From an uncultured Hormoscilla sp. (lineage in GTDB: Bacteria > Cyanobacteriota > Cyanobacteriia > Cyanobacteriales > Desertifilaceae), in NCBI GenBank assembly GCA_963921275.4, contig OZ001293.3:3488001-3552000 (forward strand): a stretch of 64,000 bases of DNA. The letters are read 5' to 3'. Positions 20,673 to 32,914 of this stretch are shown piece after piece. A program made the position numbers and the translations under genes. The notes under the pieces were generated by a model. The model was not told where the DNA came from and made no database searches. It saw only the letters and a program-made list of their open reading frames with translations. Within the stretch, counting starts at the first letter, position 1. Each line of letters begins with the position of its first letter.

Positions 20673-21429
20673 GTAACGAGGGTGCGCCAGATCCTGGCTA
20701 ACCTATTGGACAATGCGGTTAAATTCACGAATCAAGGGGAAGTGGTGGTCTCAGTCACAGCTGGCCTCCGAGACAACAACTCCGGCGGGCAGTCAAACCA
20801 GGAAGACCAGAAATATGAGGTCCATTTTACGGTCAAAGACACGGGCATTGAAATTCCAGAAAGCTGCTATCATCTGCTGTTCCAGTCTTTTTACCAGGTA
20901 GATAGCTCGACGACGCGCCCATACCCAGGCATGGGTTTGGGATTAGCGATCGCCAGACCTCTGGTGGAAATGATGGGCGGGAATATCTGGGTGGATAGCA
21001 ACGAGGGCGAAGGATCGACATTTTATTTCACGATTGTTGCCCCTGTTGCTGCTAGAACTGTCCGGATAGATCTTGACCAAGTGCAAGCCCAGCTGAGTGG
21101 CAAGCATCTGCTGATTGTAGAAAAAAATGCCACCAACAGACATATTCTCAGACAACAAACGCTCAAATGAGGCATGGTTCCCCAAGATGTCGCTACTAGC
21201 GAGCTGGCACTGGATTTGATTCGTCAAGATGCTCATTTCGACCTGGCGATTGTGGATATGCAGATGCTAGAAAATGCAGATGGCTCCCTGGTAGAGGAAA
21301 TTCGCAAGTATCGCGACCCGAGAACTCTACCCGTGGTGATGCTGACGGACATCGGTCATCAGTCGATCGAGCAAATGCCAGGGAATGTTGTTGCTTGCCT
21401 GACTAAACCGATCAAACCCTATGGGCTCT

Positions 21430-22300
21430 GTGCGATTCGTTCTAGCCTAACGTGGTCAAACACGGAACGCTAGCCCGGTTTCATTAGCCGGGAACTCTGA
21501 CCGCATGGGGGTTAAATTCCCCTCCCCCCAGGTACGGGGGTGACACCGGTCCTCGGTGCTACGAAGCGACATCATCGTGGTGCTAAGCGAGGACTCAAAT
21601 GTAGGATAACTGGCAGCCTAAGCCGGTGACGCCGCTAGGAAAGATATCCAAGGTTAGAGCAGGCAAACATGTGCAAGCCTCGTTATAAGGAACCAGCGAA
21701 ATAAGGCTATATGCGCTGGCCTAAAAAGGAAATGGTAGCTAGTATTAGTTTTAGACTCTGGCTAATATAGTACTCAAATAGCTCCCGGGGTATAGTGTGG
21801 ACCTAAAGGTATCGCGAAATGTTGTTAGGGAACGAAGTAACCTCTCGTGTGCTGTCCATCAGGACAAGTTAGATGTTAAGCGCAAGCCACGGGGGGAGGG
21901 ATGGCCCAAGAAGCGAATGCCCGGGGTAATTCCTGGGATAACATCTACAGTAATGTAGATGATGCTGGGTAGCCAGCGCTGACGTGGGTCGGTGATACTA
22001 GGAAGCTGCTGGAATGAGTAATCCTAAAAAGCCACGGAACTAATCCGAAACGCAAGTGGAGGATAAGGTATGGATAACTGGTAAAACTGACTTGAAAATG
22101 GTGATACTAACGGTTATCAGAACAACCACTCGCTAAACCAGGAAAGGGAAGAAAAGACAGGCGGCAAGGGCTAACGGAAGTAATTCCTATTAAGTCTACC
22201 TATGAAAAGGGCCTAGTACCCAGTAGCCGGATGCGGTGAAAATCGCAAGTCCGGTTCCGAAAGGGAGGGTCGGGAAGCGATTCCCGGCTCGACCCCATCC
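21430..22300 (+). mobile_element. ORF-less group II intron 3 (871 nt), near-identical to intron 1
   Basis: GTGCGATTCG start, intact DV/DVI, ends CGACCCCATCC; removal gives KPIKPYGLYNTLMNIF with a split T|AC codon. Confidence 0.95.
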
Positions 22301-23203
22301 ACAATACCCTGATGAATATTTTTGCCCACACGGGATTCACCAAAACCACTAACGATCTAACTGCCGAAAGCTGGCAGATGCCGCAGTTAACGGACTTGGC
22401 GAAGAGGAACCCCCTACGAATTCTGGTGGCAGAAGATAACGCAGTCGGTCAAAAAGTGATCTTGCGGATCCTCGATCGCTTGGGTTATAGCGCTGATGTA
22501 GTCAGCACCGGTGTAGAGGTGTTGTCAGCGTTGTATCAGAAATCCTACGATTTGATCCTGATGGATATCCAAATGCCAGAAATGGATGGTCTGACAGCGA
22601 CGAAATACATTTGCCAGCAATGGCAGCTTCCTATGCGTCCCCGGATTGTGGCCATGACTGCGGGGGCGATGCCAAATGAACGTCAGAAATGCCTGGATGG
22701 GATGGAAGATTACATCAGTAAACCAATCAAGGCGGAAGCTTTGCAGTCGGTGCTGAAACGGTGCTTCAAGGAAGTACAAAGTCCCTCCTCAGACCAGACA
22801 GGATCTCGGGATGGGGCTGTGCCGCAGCAGGAAGTTATGATACAGGAGTTATCAATGGATTTGGTTGACATGAAAGCGATCGCCCAGTTAGCCGCACAGA
22901 TGCAGATAGACATAAATTCAGATATGCTGTATGAGATAATTTACGATTTTATTTGTGATACGCCACCGATGTTTGGGACTATGCGCTCGGCGATCGCCTC
23001 GGGGGACTCTCGGACGTTGCAGCGGATAGCCCACAATCTCAAGAGTAATTGTCGCACTTTTAGCATAGGTCGCATGAGCGAGCTATCCTTGTCTTTAGAA
23101 AAAACAGCTACTTCCGAATCTCCTGAATACCATAAACAAATTGTAGCTCAATTAGAAGCTGAATTTGTCCGCGTCCAGCAGTTTTGGCAAGACAGTAAGT
23201 GGG

Positions 23204-24169
23204 CAGGGTAAGCGCAAGAATCATGCTTGGGGCATATATTATCAACTATCATGAGAATGATTGCTTTCTGGTAGTGATAAACATGTAGTGATGGCACAAC
23301 TAACCCGACAAGCATTTGTTGTAATCATGCACAAAATACCAAATCGCGTGATTTTCTTCTTAGAAAATGATAATGTTTTCCGAACCAAGCTACTAATTTT
23401 TTGTCTCGTTGTTTAACCTTTCAATATGATTAGTTTTTCCAGTTTCTTTACCTACCGCAATAGTAACGCTTTTTCGGTATTGTTATATGCTTCCCAAAAA
23501 GTAAAAAACCGCGTCGATAAACAGGAGGTAAATATTTCCACAATTTTTTTGCTGAGACTGCTATCGCTCAACTCCTACAATTGTTTTTGTATCAAGTGCC
23601 AATGTTTGTTTCTTTATTCCCAAGACCACATTTCATCACAAGTCAATTTTCCTTTGGGCTTGTCTGAAACCTTTAGATCACGGCAGATTTTTTATTAACG
23701 TTTGTGAAACCTTTACTCGACGCTATTCTTTCAAGTAATAGCTCATCTATATTCTTTTTCTTTTCGGACGATACCGGCTGTCGGGTTTTCAATTTATTGC
23801 CTATTTTTACATATTTTTGCTTTTTATTATGAGTACTATCATTTTTTACTGTTCGCTCACAATTACAATAAGGGCAATTGGGTCGCGACGATGATGATGT
23901 GTTCATAAGTCTATACTCGCTTTTGACTAATAACATAAGAGCATTTTTCTGATGAGCTATACATGAGAATATTTTATCATTGCTATCAATTTGGCTAAGA
24001 TAAAGAGCTGTTATATCATTCCTAAGAAAAGTAAGGATTAATAGAGGGATGGAATGTTCTATCACTACATATTTATCACTACCTGCTTTCTTATTGCGAA
24101 TCGGGCACAGTACCCTGGCAATTTTCGTGGCTCCATACCACATGCACAATTTTTCTTGCGCTTGCCCTG
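23204..24169. mobile_element. MITE (~144 bp net) with 17-bp IRs and 10-bp target duplication, carrying a nested IS1 remnant
   Basis: CAGGGTAAGCGCAAGAA / TTCTTGCGCTTGCCCTG; AGTAAGTGGG on both flanks. Confidence 0.85.
23270..24083 (-). mobile_element. IS1-family remnant, copy 1
   Basis: IR GGTAGTGATAAA / TTTATCACTACC, 8-bp duplication TGCTTTCT; CPYC.C..TVKN InsA-like zinc ribbon. Confidence 0.85.
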
Positions 24170-24224
24170 AGTAAGTGGGGTATTAATTAGTGGGAGCATG
24201 TCAGTTGTCAGTTGTTAGTTGTTA

Positions 24225-24344
24225 AGCTGTCGCGCATTTAAATTACATCTTCAAAGTTGGCCATTCTGGCTGAAACGCTTAGGGGTCGAGGGTTGCCACG
24301 ATTTTGCCCGATAGCCAAATATGCAGTTTAGATGAGCGACAGCT
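24225..24344. mobile_element. 120-bp MITE-like element inserted in a heptamer repeat tract
   Basis: Imperfect IR AGCTGTCGCGCATTTAAATTACAT / ATGCAGTTTAGATGAGCGACAGCT, TA flanks. Confidence 0.7.
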
Positions 24345-24583
24345 TAGTTGTTAATTTTAAGAGTTTGAAGTTTAAGTCTTGACAGAATTTCTTAAGTAGT
24401 TCATAGTGAGTAGTTAAGAAGAATTAGACAGTTTTAAGTGCCAAGCAGCGAAACAATAGCAGACAATGAACAAAAAACAAAAGCATTGATTATGGATTTG
24501 GGACCGAAAGGACATCATTTGGGCAAAAAACAGATCGCGCGCAGTCCCACTGCTAGCAAAAATTCCCTGAGATTTTCAGGGGG

Positions 24584-25081
24584 TTAAAAGCCGATCACAT
24601 ATTTTCTCCATTCGCTGTGGGTGCCACTCTTGATATATTTGGTCACCTCAAAATAGAGACTGCTGTAGGGTTTGCCTGGGGGGTTACGTAGTATCATATT
24701 AGCTTCTCCAGGTGTACGGTTTCCTTTTTTGATGTTACAGCGGACACAAGCAGTGACTATGTTCTGCCAACTCTCCCCGCCGCCACGCGATCGGGGCAAG
24801 ACATGATCCAAAGTCAAATCATCTCCAGAATATCCACAGTATTGACAAGAGTGACCGTCTCTATGCAAGATATTCTTACGAGTGAGGGCAATTTCCTTAT
24901 AGGGAACCCGAATATAGTGACGCAGTCGAATGACCGTCGGTAGGGGGAACTCTGCATACAGGTATTTACTGGTATGTTCTACCTGTTCTGCTTTGCCCTT
25001 GATCAATAAGACAACCGCCCGCCGCCAGCTGGTGATGTTGAGCGGTTCATAGGAGGCATTCAGCACCAGAACCTTGCTCAT
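24584..25081 (-). CDS. HNH endonuclease (McrA-like)
   Basis: VLVLNASYEPL, RDGHSCQYCG, LTLDHVLPRSRGG, CVRCNIKKG. Confidence 0.92.
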   Translation of the reverse strand: MSKVLVLNASYEPLNITSWRRAVVLLIKGKAEQVEHTSKYLYAEFPLPTVIRLRHYIRVPYKEIALTRKNILHRDGHSCQYCGYSGDDLTLDHVLPRSRGGGESWQNIVTACVRCNIKKGNRTPGEANMILRNPPGKPYSSLYFEVTKYIKSGTHSEWRKYVIGF

Positions 25082-25373
25082 TAATTTTTAGCCTACGAAT
25101 TTCCTTCAGGTTAACACAGCCTAGTTTCAGAAGCTGCGATCGGCGATCAGTTGCCAGTAGGGTGGGCACCGCCCACCAGACGCTACCAGTAGTGCATAAT
25201 ACCGTTTTATCAAAACAATGCTTACAATTTTTAACCATTATCCTATTAGTCGGTTTTAACCGACTATATCTATTAGCCGGGGGTTTTAACCCCTGGCGAG
25301 CTATAAGCGAAGTGTAGCATTTATTTTAACAAATGCTATAATTCCTGCGCAGATATTACCAAGTCAGTCATCC

Positions 25374-26558
25374 ATGAAGTGCCCGAAGTCAACCTCCCTC
25401 ACAACATCGAGTCCCAGTCTGGCATCCCTGCGGTGCGATCGCGCCTGGGTTGAAATTGAATTAACTGCCTTAGCACATAATACGCGAAAAATCAAGCATA
25501 TTTTATCACCAGGGACAGATATAATGGCCGTAGTCAAGGCAGATGCCTACGGTCACGGGGCAGTGACCGTAGCCGAGACTGTGCTAGCAGCCGGTGCTAG
25601 CTGGCTGGGAGTAGCAACTATTCCAGAAGGAATAGAACTGCGAGAAGTAGGCATTAAGGCTCCAATTCTGATATTAGGGGCTGTCAACGCTCCTAAAGAA
25701 ATCCAGGCGATCGCCCATTGGCAACTGCAACCAACCCTGTGCAACCCCAAACAAGCCTTAGTATTTTCAGAGACTTTAGCAGCAGTAGGTAAAAGTATAC
25801 CCGTACATCTGAAACTGGATACAGGGATGTCCCGACTGGGGACAGCATGGCAGGAAGCAGCAGAGTTTGCCAGACTTGTAGAGCGATTGCCTCATTTAGA
25901 AATAGCGAGCGTGTATTCCCATCTGGCCACAGCTGACAGTCCAGATCCGAGGATAATGAACCAGCAGCATCAGCGGTTCCGCCAGGCGATCGGGCTGCTG
26001 CGTGCAGCTGGCATCACCCCACCCAAGCTACATATTGCCAACTCAGCTGCTACCTTAAATGACCCCAGCTTGCATTACGATCTGGTAAGAGTCGGTTTAG
26101 CACTGTATGGTTTACATCCAGCAGCCCATCTCCAACCAGTGCTCTCACTCAAACCAGTAATGCAAGTGAAAGCGCGAGTAACGCAAATAAAAGAGATTGC
26201 TACTGGAACCGGTGTCAGCTACGGTTATCAATATATCGCCCCACGGGATATGAAGCTAGCAGTAGTGGGTATTGGCTATGCAGACGGCGTCCCCCGTAAG
26301 CTATCTTCCAAGATGCAGGTTCTTATCCGAGGTAAGCTGGTACCGCAAGTGGGAGCAATTACAATGGATCAGCTGATGCTGGACGTGAGTGCTATTAATG
26401 ATTTACAGATAGGAGAAGTGGTCACCCTCTTAGGGCAAGATGAATATATAGAAATCTCAGCAGATGACTGGGCTACCATGCTGGGGACTATTTCCTGGGA
26501 AATTCTCTGTAGCTTTAGACATCGGCTACCCCGGGTCGCCCGAGTTAGCGTCAGCTAA
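25374..26558 (+). CDS. alr: Alanine racemase
   Basis: AVVKADAYGHG PLP-lysine motif, DTGMSRLG, VSYG, IGYADG, TMDQ. Confidence 0.96.
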   Translation: MKCPKSTSLTTSSPSLASLRCDRAWVEIELTALAHNTRKIKHILSPGTDIMAVVKADAYGHGAVTVAETVLAAGASWLGVATIPEGIELREVGIKAPILILGAVNAPKEIQAIAHWQLQPTLCNPKQALVFSETLAAVGKSIPVHLKLDTGMSRLGTAWQEAAEFARLVERLPHLEIASVYSHLATADSPDPRIMNQQHQRFRQAIGLLRAAGITPPKLHIANSAATLNDPSLHYDLVRVGLALYGLHPAAHLQPVLSLKPVMQVKARVTQIKEIATGTGVSYGYQYIAPRDMKLAVVGIGYADGVPRKLSSKMQVLIRGKLVPQVGAITMDQLMLDVSAINDLQIGEVVTLLGQDEYIEISADDWATMLGTISWEILCSFRHRLPRVARVSVS

Positions 26559-26589
26559 AATGAGACCAGCAGGATGGCACTGCACTGCT

Positions 26590-27744
26590 ATGACTTATAT
26601 TAATCCGACATTGATAAACGAAGTCAGAGGTTTAAGACTGACTAGCGAGGAGAAACAGTACATTCTCAGTAAAATGCATCCGGCAGCCCCAGACGGTTAC
26701 AGATATGCTGATGCCGTGTTTGAAGGGGGGGCATAAAAGGCATTGCCCTGTTAGGGGTAATGCGCTGCTGCGACGATCTAGGTCTGCGCTGGCGGAAGCT
26801 AGCAGGCAGTTCTTCCGGTTCCCTCACCGCCGCCCTGCTAGCAGCCAACTTTGCCATCGATCGGCTAGAACAGGAACTGGGTGAGTTGGACTACATGCAG
26901 TTCCTCTCTCAGAAAACTAGCCCCCTGATTTTCTGTGGCGATCCACGAGATGACATGAAGTTTCCTTTCTGGATGCTGTTTTTCCTCTTAGTGACCAGAA
27001 GTTTGGGACAATATTCCTCAGAACCCTTGCACTCTTGGGTAGCCTCAACCCTGAAGTCCCGTAAGATAAAAACCTTTCGTGACCTGGAAAAGGGCGAGAG
27101 ACAACTCAAGGTAGTAGCTTCCGATATCAGTCGGCGGGAGATGCTGCTGTTACCCGACGACCTCAACCCCGCAGCGCCCAACTTGGAGAACCAACAGCGG
27201 ACTGTTCGGGAAAAGATCCTCAGATCTTACTGCCTGGAAAGTTATCTTGACTATCGCTGAAGCAGTGCGACTGTCACTGAGCATACCTCTGTTCTTTGAG
27301 CCGGGAAGACTCGGTGACTACATGATTCTGGATGGAGGGCTATTGAGTAATTTCCCCTTATGGATATATGATGTCCAGCCACAGTCCGGTCAACCGGCAC
27401 GTTTCCCCCGCTGGCCGACCTTTGGTTTCCGCTTACTGGACAATTCAACTGGACGACAATCCCAGATTAAGGGGGTGTTTGACATTTTTTCCGCCTCCTT
27501 GAGAACTATGGCCGAAGCGAGAGACAGATATCACCTGCGAGAGATCGATCGGGGCCGGACGATCGAGATAGATGTCACCAATGCTGGGGTGACCACCACC
27601 CAGTTCAACGTTAAGCCGGCGGAAAAAGCCACACTCTACCGACTGGGATACGAGTGCACGAAAAAATTTTTTCTCTCCGATTGGAATTGGTCAGAACACT
27701 TGATACAGCGTGGTTTCAGCCGTCCGATCGCCCAGGTGGCGTAG
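26590..27744 (+). pseudogene. Patatin-like phospholipase with two frameshifts
   Basis: DAVFEGGG, AGSSSG nucleophile motif and DGG lie in three different frames (shifts near 26730 and 27250). Confidence 0.85.
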
Positions 27745-27827
27745 CCATGGGAAAAAATTTTTAGTGAAGACCTGCCCAATTTACGATCTCGGAGCTAGAA
27801 TCTGTTATAGTAGTAATCGATAGACCT

Positions 27828-27917
27828 GGAGAGGTGGCTGAGTGGTCGAAAGCGGCAGATTGCTAATCTGTTGACGGAACTAGATTCCGTCCGAGGGTTC
27901 AAATCCCTCTCTCTCCG
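27828..27917 (+). tRNA. trnS: tRNA-Ser(GCT)
   Basis: GGAGAGGTGGCTGAGTGGTCGAAAGCGGCAGATTGCTAATCTG, long variable arm, GGTTCAAATCC. Confidence 0.95.
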
Positions 27918-28255
27918 TTCAATCCTAGGCAAACTCTGGTCAGGGCGATCACATTTGCCACCGGCAGGCGATCGCCCTGATTTGAGATGCTGTGCTCAAG
28001 ACATACTTCACAAAATTACAAGGGTGCCCTGTAAAATTGTATGATACCAAATCAGATTAATTATCCATGTTGAGGCGGAGAGCTGATACAAGCATGGGCA
28101 GAGGCAACGAACAGCTGCGATACTTGTTAGAGGGCGCGAGTGACTTATTTGGGATTATCGATCTCGATGGAAAACTGCTCTATGCCAATCAGGTATGGCG
28201 AGAGGTTCTAGGCTATAGTGAAGCAGAACTGTCGGGGATTTGCTTTTTTGACCTA

Positions 28256-30344
28256 GTGCTATGACCATTGGTAGTGATAAACATGTAATGATGGCACAAC
28301 TAACCCGACAAGCATTTGTTGTAATCATGCACAAAATACCAAATCGCGTGATTTTCTTCTTAGAGAATGATAATGTTTTCCGAACCAAGCGACTAATTCT
28401 TTGCCTCGTTGTTTAACCTTTCAATATGATTAGTTTTTCCAGTTTCTTTACCTACCGCAATAGTAACGCTTTTTCGGTATTGTTATATGCTTCCCAAAAA
28501 GTAAAAAACCTCGTCGATAAACAGGAAGTAAATATTTTCACAATTTTTTTGCAGAGACTGCGATCGCCCAACTCCTACAATTGTTTTTGTATCAAGTGCC
28601 AATGTTTGTTTTCTTTATTCCCAAGACCACATTTCATCACAAGTCAATTTTCCTTTGGGCTTGTCTGAAACCTTTAGATCACGGCAGATTTTTTATTAAC
28701 GTTTGTGAAACCTTTACTCGACGCGCAATACCTGCCTATTCTTTCAAGTAATAGCTCATCTATATTCTTTTTCTTTTCGGACGATACCGGCTGTCGGGTT
28801 TTTAATTTATTGCCGATTTTTTACATATTTTTGCTTTTTATTATGAGTACTACCATTTTTTACTGTTCGCTCACAATTACAATAAGGGCAATTGGGTCGC
28901 GACGATGATGATGTGTTCATAAGTCTATACTCGCTTTTGACTAATAACATAAGAGCATTTTTCTGATGAGCTATACATGAGAATATTTTATCATTGCTAT
29001 CAATTTGGCTAAGATAAAGAGCTGTTATATCATTCCTAAGAAAAGTAAGGATTAATACAGGGATGGAATGTTCTATCACTACATATTTTACCAATACCTG
29101 ACCATTTTTATTTGACGGATAGACATAAAATAGATAATATAGAGATTTGCCCCTCAAATGACTTGCCAGTCCCATGCCAAAAAAGAAGTACATCGTCACG
29201 CTCACTCCGTCGGAGCGTGACGCATTGTCCCAACTGACTCGTTCAGGTAAAGCAGCTGCCTATAAAGTTAATCATGCTCGGATCGCGGTTGTTAGCAGAT
29301 ATCAACCAAGACAACGGCGGTTGGACTGATTGCCAGATTAGCGAAGCCCTAGATATCAGTCAGGCCACCATTGAGCGGGTACGGCTTCGTGGAAGAAGGT
29401 GTGGAAGCCGCATTAAATCGCCAACCTCGTAGTCAGAACAAAAAGCGTCGCTTGGATGGAGAAAAAGAAGCTCACCTCCGGAGCTTTGGCCTGTTCATCT
29501 CCCCAGAGGGTCATGCAGGCTGGACTATAAGATTGTTAGCCGATAAACTGGTGGAATTAGAGTTAGTTGAATCTATTTCCCCTGAGACAGTGCGACAGAC
29601 ATTAAAAAAAAACGCTCTTAAGCCTTGGCTCAATAAGTCATGGGTGATTCCACCAGAAGTAAATGCGGAGTTTGTTTGTCAGATGGAGATGTGCTTGATG
29701 TCTACACTCGTCCCTACGACCCTGACTATCCTGTAATTTGCGGGAGATGAAACAACTAAGCAATTAGTTTTTGAAATCAAACAGCCTCTGCCACCAGACA
29801 AGAGCCAATATAACCGAAAAACTCCTGGTCAGATAGAGCGATATGACTAGGAGTACAAACGTGAAGGTGTTTGCAATTTGTTCATGGTTTTTGAGCCTTT
29901 TGCGGGTCAAGGTCATGTTACGGTTACAGACCAACGTACAGCTATTGCGGCCCGCCCATATTATGCAGAATGTAGTAGATGTTTTCTATCCTGATGCTGT
30001 CAAAATTATTGTTATTCAAGATAACCTTAACACTCATACGCCCGCTTCTCTTTACAAGGCTTTTAAGCCAGCTGAAGCTAAACGCATTCTGGAAAAGTTA
30101 GAGTTTCACTATACCCCCAAGCATGGCAGTTGGCTGAATATGGCTGAAATTGAGTGAGCGTGTTTTAGCGAGGCAATGCTTAGATTGTCGAATTCCAGCC
30201 TCTGAAAACTTTACTTCAAGAGGTGGCCGCTTTTCAACAGCGCCGCAATCAGGATTCTGGTCCTGTTAACTGGCGTTTCACCACTGAAGATGCTCGGATC
30301 TTACTGTTACGGCTCTATCCATCAATATAAAGTGGTCAAAGCAC
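28256..30344 (+). mobile_element. IS630-family element (degraded) with nested IS1
   Basis: IR GTGCTATGACCA / TGGTCAAAGCAC, TA flanks; MPKKKYIVTL, WTIRLLAD, QDNLNTH, YTPKHGSWLNMAEIE. Confidence 0.9.
28270..29098 (-). mobile_element. IS1-family remnant, copy 2, inserted at the IS630 left end
   Basis: Highly similar to 23270-24083; 8-bp duplication TGACCATT. Confidence 0.85.
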
Positions 30345-30457
30345 TAGTGCATTGGGAAAGTCGCCCAGGTTTCCTCGAAGCATTCCAGTCTGTGCAAGCT
30401 AGCGATGGGGGTCATCACCTGGAACTGACCCTGATGGCCTCCGATGGGAAGCAGATT

Positions 30458-31359
30458 GTGCGATTCGTTCTAGTCTAACGTGGTCAAACACGGAACGCTA
30501 GCCTAAGAAATTAGGAACTCTGGTAATCATGGGGGTTGAATTCCCCTTCCCCAGGTACGGGGGTAACACCGGTCCTCAGTGCTGCGGAGTTACATCGCCG
30601 TGGTGTGGAGCGAGGACTTAAATGTAGGATAATTGGCAGCCTAAGCCGGTGATGCCACTAGGAAAGATGCTAATGGTTAGAACAGGCGAACCTATGTAAG
30701 CCTCGTTATCTCAAACCAGCGGAATAAGGCTTATACGCTGGCCCAAAAGGGAAATGGTAGTTAGTACTAGTTGTATTTTGTGGCTAATAACGTACTCGAA
30801 GAACTCCCGGGGTAAAGTAGGGGCCTAAAAGCATCGTGAAATGATACCAGGGAACGAAGTAACCTCTCGTGAGCTGTCCCCATTTGGACAAGTAAGATGT
30901 AAAGCGTAAGCCACGAAGAGGAGGGATGTCCTAAGAAGCCAACGCCCGGGGTAATACCTGTGGATATGCAGACGTAGGACGGATATGGTAAGAAGTCTTT
31001 GGGAAAAGTAGCCTTAATGTCGCAAAACTAGGGAGAAATTCCAAATAGTAGGAATGTTGGATTAAAATCTTAGCCAGGTAAAGTTCAGAGCCCCTACGAA
31101 GAGCGGAAAGCAGAATGGGGAAGATGTTAGTAAAGAGCAGTAAGTATGGTTTGCTGAACTATCCTCCGCGAACCTTCCGCAGCTCAGTACTTAAACGGTC
31201 CAATAGGATTGACCATAAGGGGTAAGGGACAACGGGGGTAACCCCCAGTAATCCTACTGATGACAACAGCTTACCAACCAGTAGCCGTGTGCGATGAAAG
31301 TCGCATGCACGGTTTCGCTCTTGGAGGGTTGGGGAGTGATTCCCAGCTCAACCCCGACC
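30458..31359 (+). mobile_element. ORF-less group II intron 4 (902 nt)
   Basis: GTGCGATTCG start, DV GTAGCCGTGTGCGATGAAAGTCGCATGCACGGTTTC, ends CTCAACCCCGACC; in-frame exon junction. Confidence 0.94.
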
Positions 31360-32914
31360 TTAGTAGAAGGAAGGTTAAGTTATCAAGTCCAAGCTGGTTG
31401 TGAACCAGAAATCTGGAGTCTCTGGCGCAACAATAGCGATCGCGATCGGACAAAAGACGGAGTTGCCAATGAGTCGGATGGTAACCGGTCACATCTTTAC
31501 GAAAGCGTATATCGCTCACAGCCTTTCCAGCAGATGATGTGGTCCCAGAGATTTTTGCATAATATCCTCAATGCCATTGCTGACCCAATTTTTGTCAAAG
31601 ACTCTCAACATCGGTTTGTGATTGTCAACAATGCCTTGTGTCGGTTTTTGGGGTACAGCAGGGAGGAACTAATTGGCCGGAGGATTATGAATTATTCCCC
31701 AAAGAGGAAGCGGATGTATTCTGGTCCAAAGATGAACTGGTTTTTACCACAGGCAGGGAAAACGAAAATGAGGAATCATTGACTGACGCTGAAAGTCAGA
31801 TTCATGTAATTTCTACGAAAAAATCTCTGTTTGATGATGGGGCGGGGAATAAAATGTTGGTGGCGGTAATCAGAGACCTAACCTTACGCCACCAGGCAGA
31901 AGAGGCGTTACGGAAAAGTGAGGCCCGCTATCGGTTGCTGGCAGAAAACTCAACGGACATGATTTCCAGACACTCGCCAGATATGAAATTTTTGTATGTT
32001 TCGCCCGCCTGCCAAACAATACTTGGATACTCTCCATCCGCACTGATGAGACGCTTCGCTTATGAGTTTTTTCACCCTGAAGATCGGGCGGGACTGGAAA
32101 AACATTATGCCAGGATCCTTGAGGCAGCCAAAAGCTCTAGTTTAACCTATCGGATGCGCTGCCTTGATGGCAGTTATATCTGGTTGGAAACCACCAGCAA
32201 GATTGTCGAACCCAGAAACAGGTGCAGTCCTCGAAATTGTCGCAGTTTCTTGGGAAGTTACAGAACGCAAGCAGGTAGAAGCAGCCTTGCGGGAAAGCGA
32301 GGAAAGATTCCGTCTGGTGTTTTCAGATGCAGCGATCGGGATAGCACTCTACGATCTGGATGGCAGGTTTATCGAAGTGAATCCAGCTTTCTCGGAGATC
32401 TTGGGATATACAGAGGAGCAACTGAAGCAACTAACCTTTAGGGATATCACCACTCCAGAAGATATGAAAAAAGAAATCCCATTAATCGAACAAGGGCGAG
32501 CGGGTGAAATCAGTAGCTATCATATCGAAAAGCGTTACATCAAGAGTAATGGTGAAATTGTCTGGGTGAATCTGACGGTAAGTATGCTGCGAGACGGAGA
32601 GGGTAAGTTACTATACAGATTGGGAATGATCGAAGATATCGGCGATCGCAAGCGGGCAGAAGCAGAAATACTAAAAGCCTTAGGGAGAGAAAAAGAACTG
32701 AGCGAAATGAAGTCTCGTTTTGTTTCCATAGTATCCCATGAATTCCGCACACCCCTAACCACCATTCAGTCGGCTGCTAATATCCTAGAGGAATTCCCCT
32801 GCACGGAAACAGAAAAAGAGGAATTGTTTGGTCAAATAAAAGAGGCCATTACCCAGATGGTTCGACTGTTAGAAGATGTGTTATTTATTGGTCGCGCCGA
32901 AGCGAGAAAAATTG

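Larger units (their letters stand above)
17768..23211 (+). pseudogene. Hybrid sensor histidine kinase (NarX/PilJ-like sensor, HisKA, HATPase, REC, REC, Hpt) interrupted by three group II introns
   Basis: INIAGRQRMLSQK P-box, [35 protein letters not shown], two REC domains, AHNLKS Hpt; stops at 17953 and 21168, frameshifts near 17810 and 19615. Confidence 0.9.

Noticed and set aside
26720..26740. Programmed frameshift or phase variation in the patatin G-run
   Set aside because: A second independent frameshift near 27250 makes simple decay or sequencing error more likely
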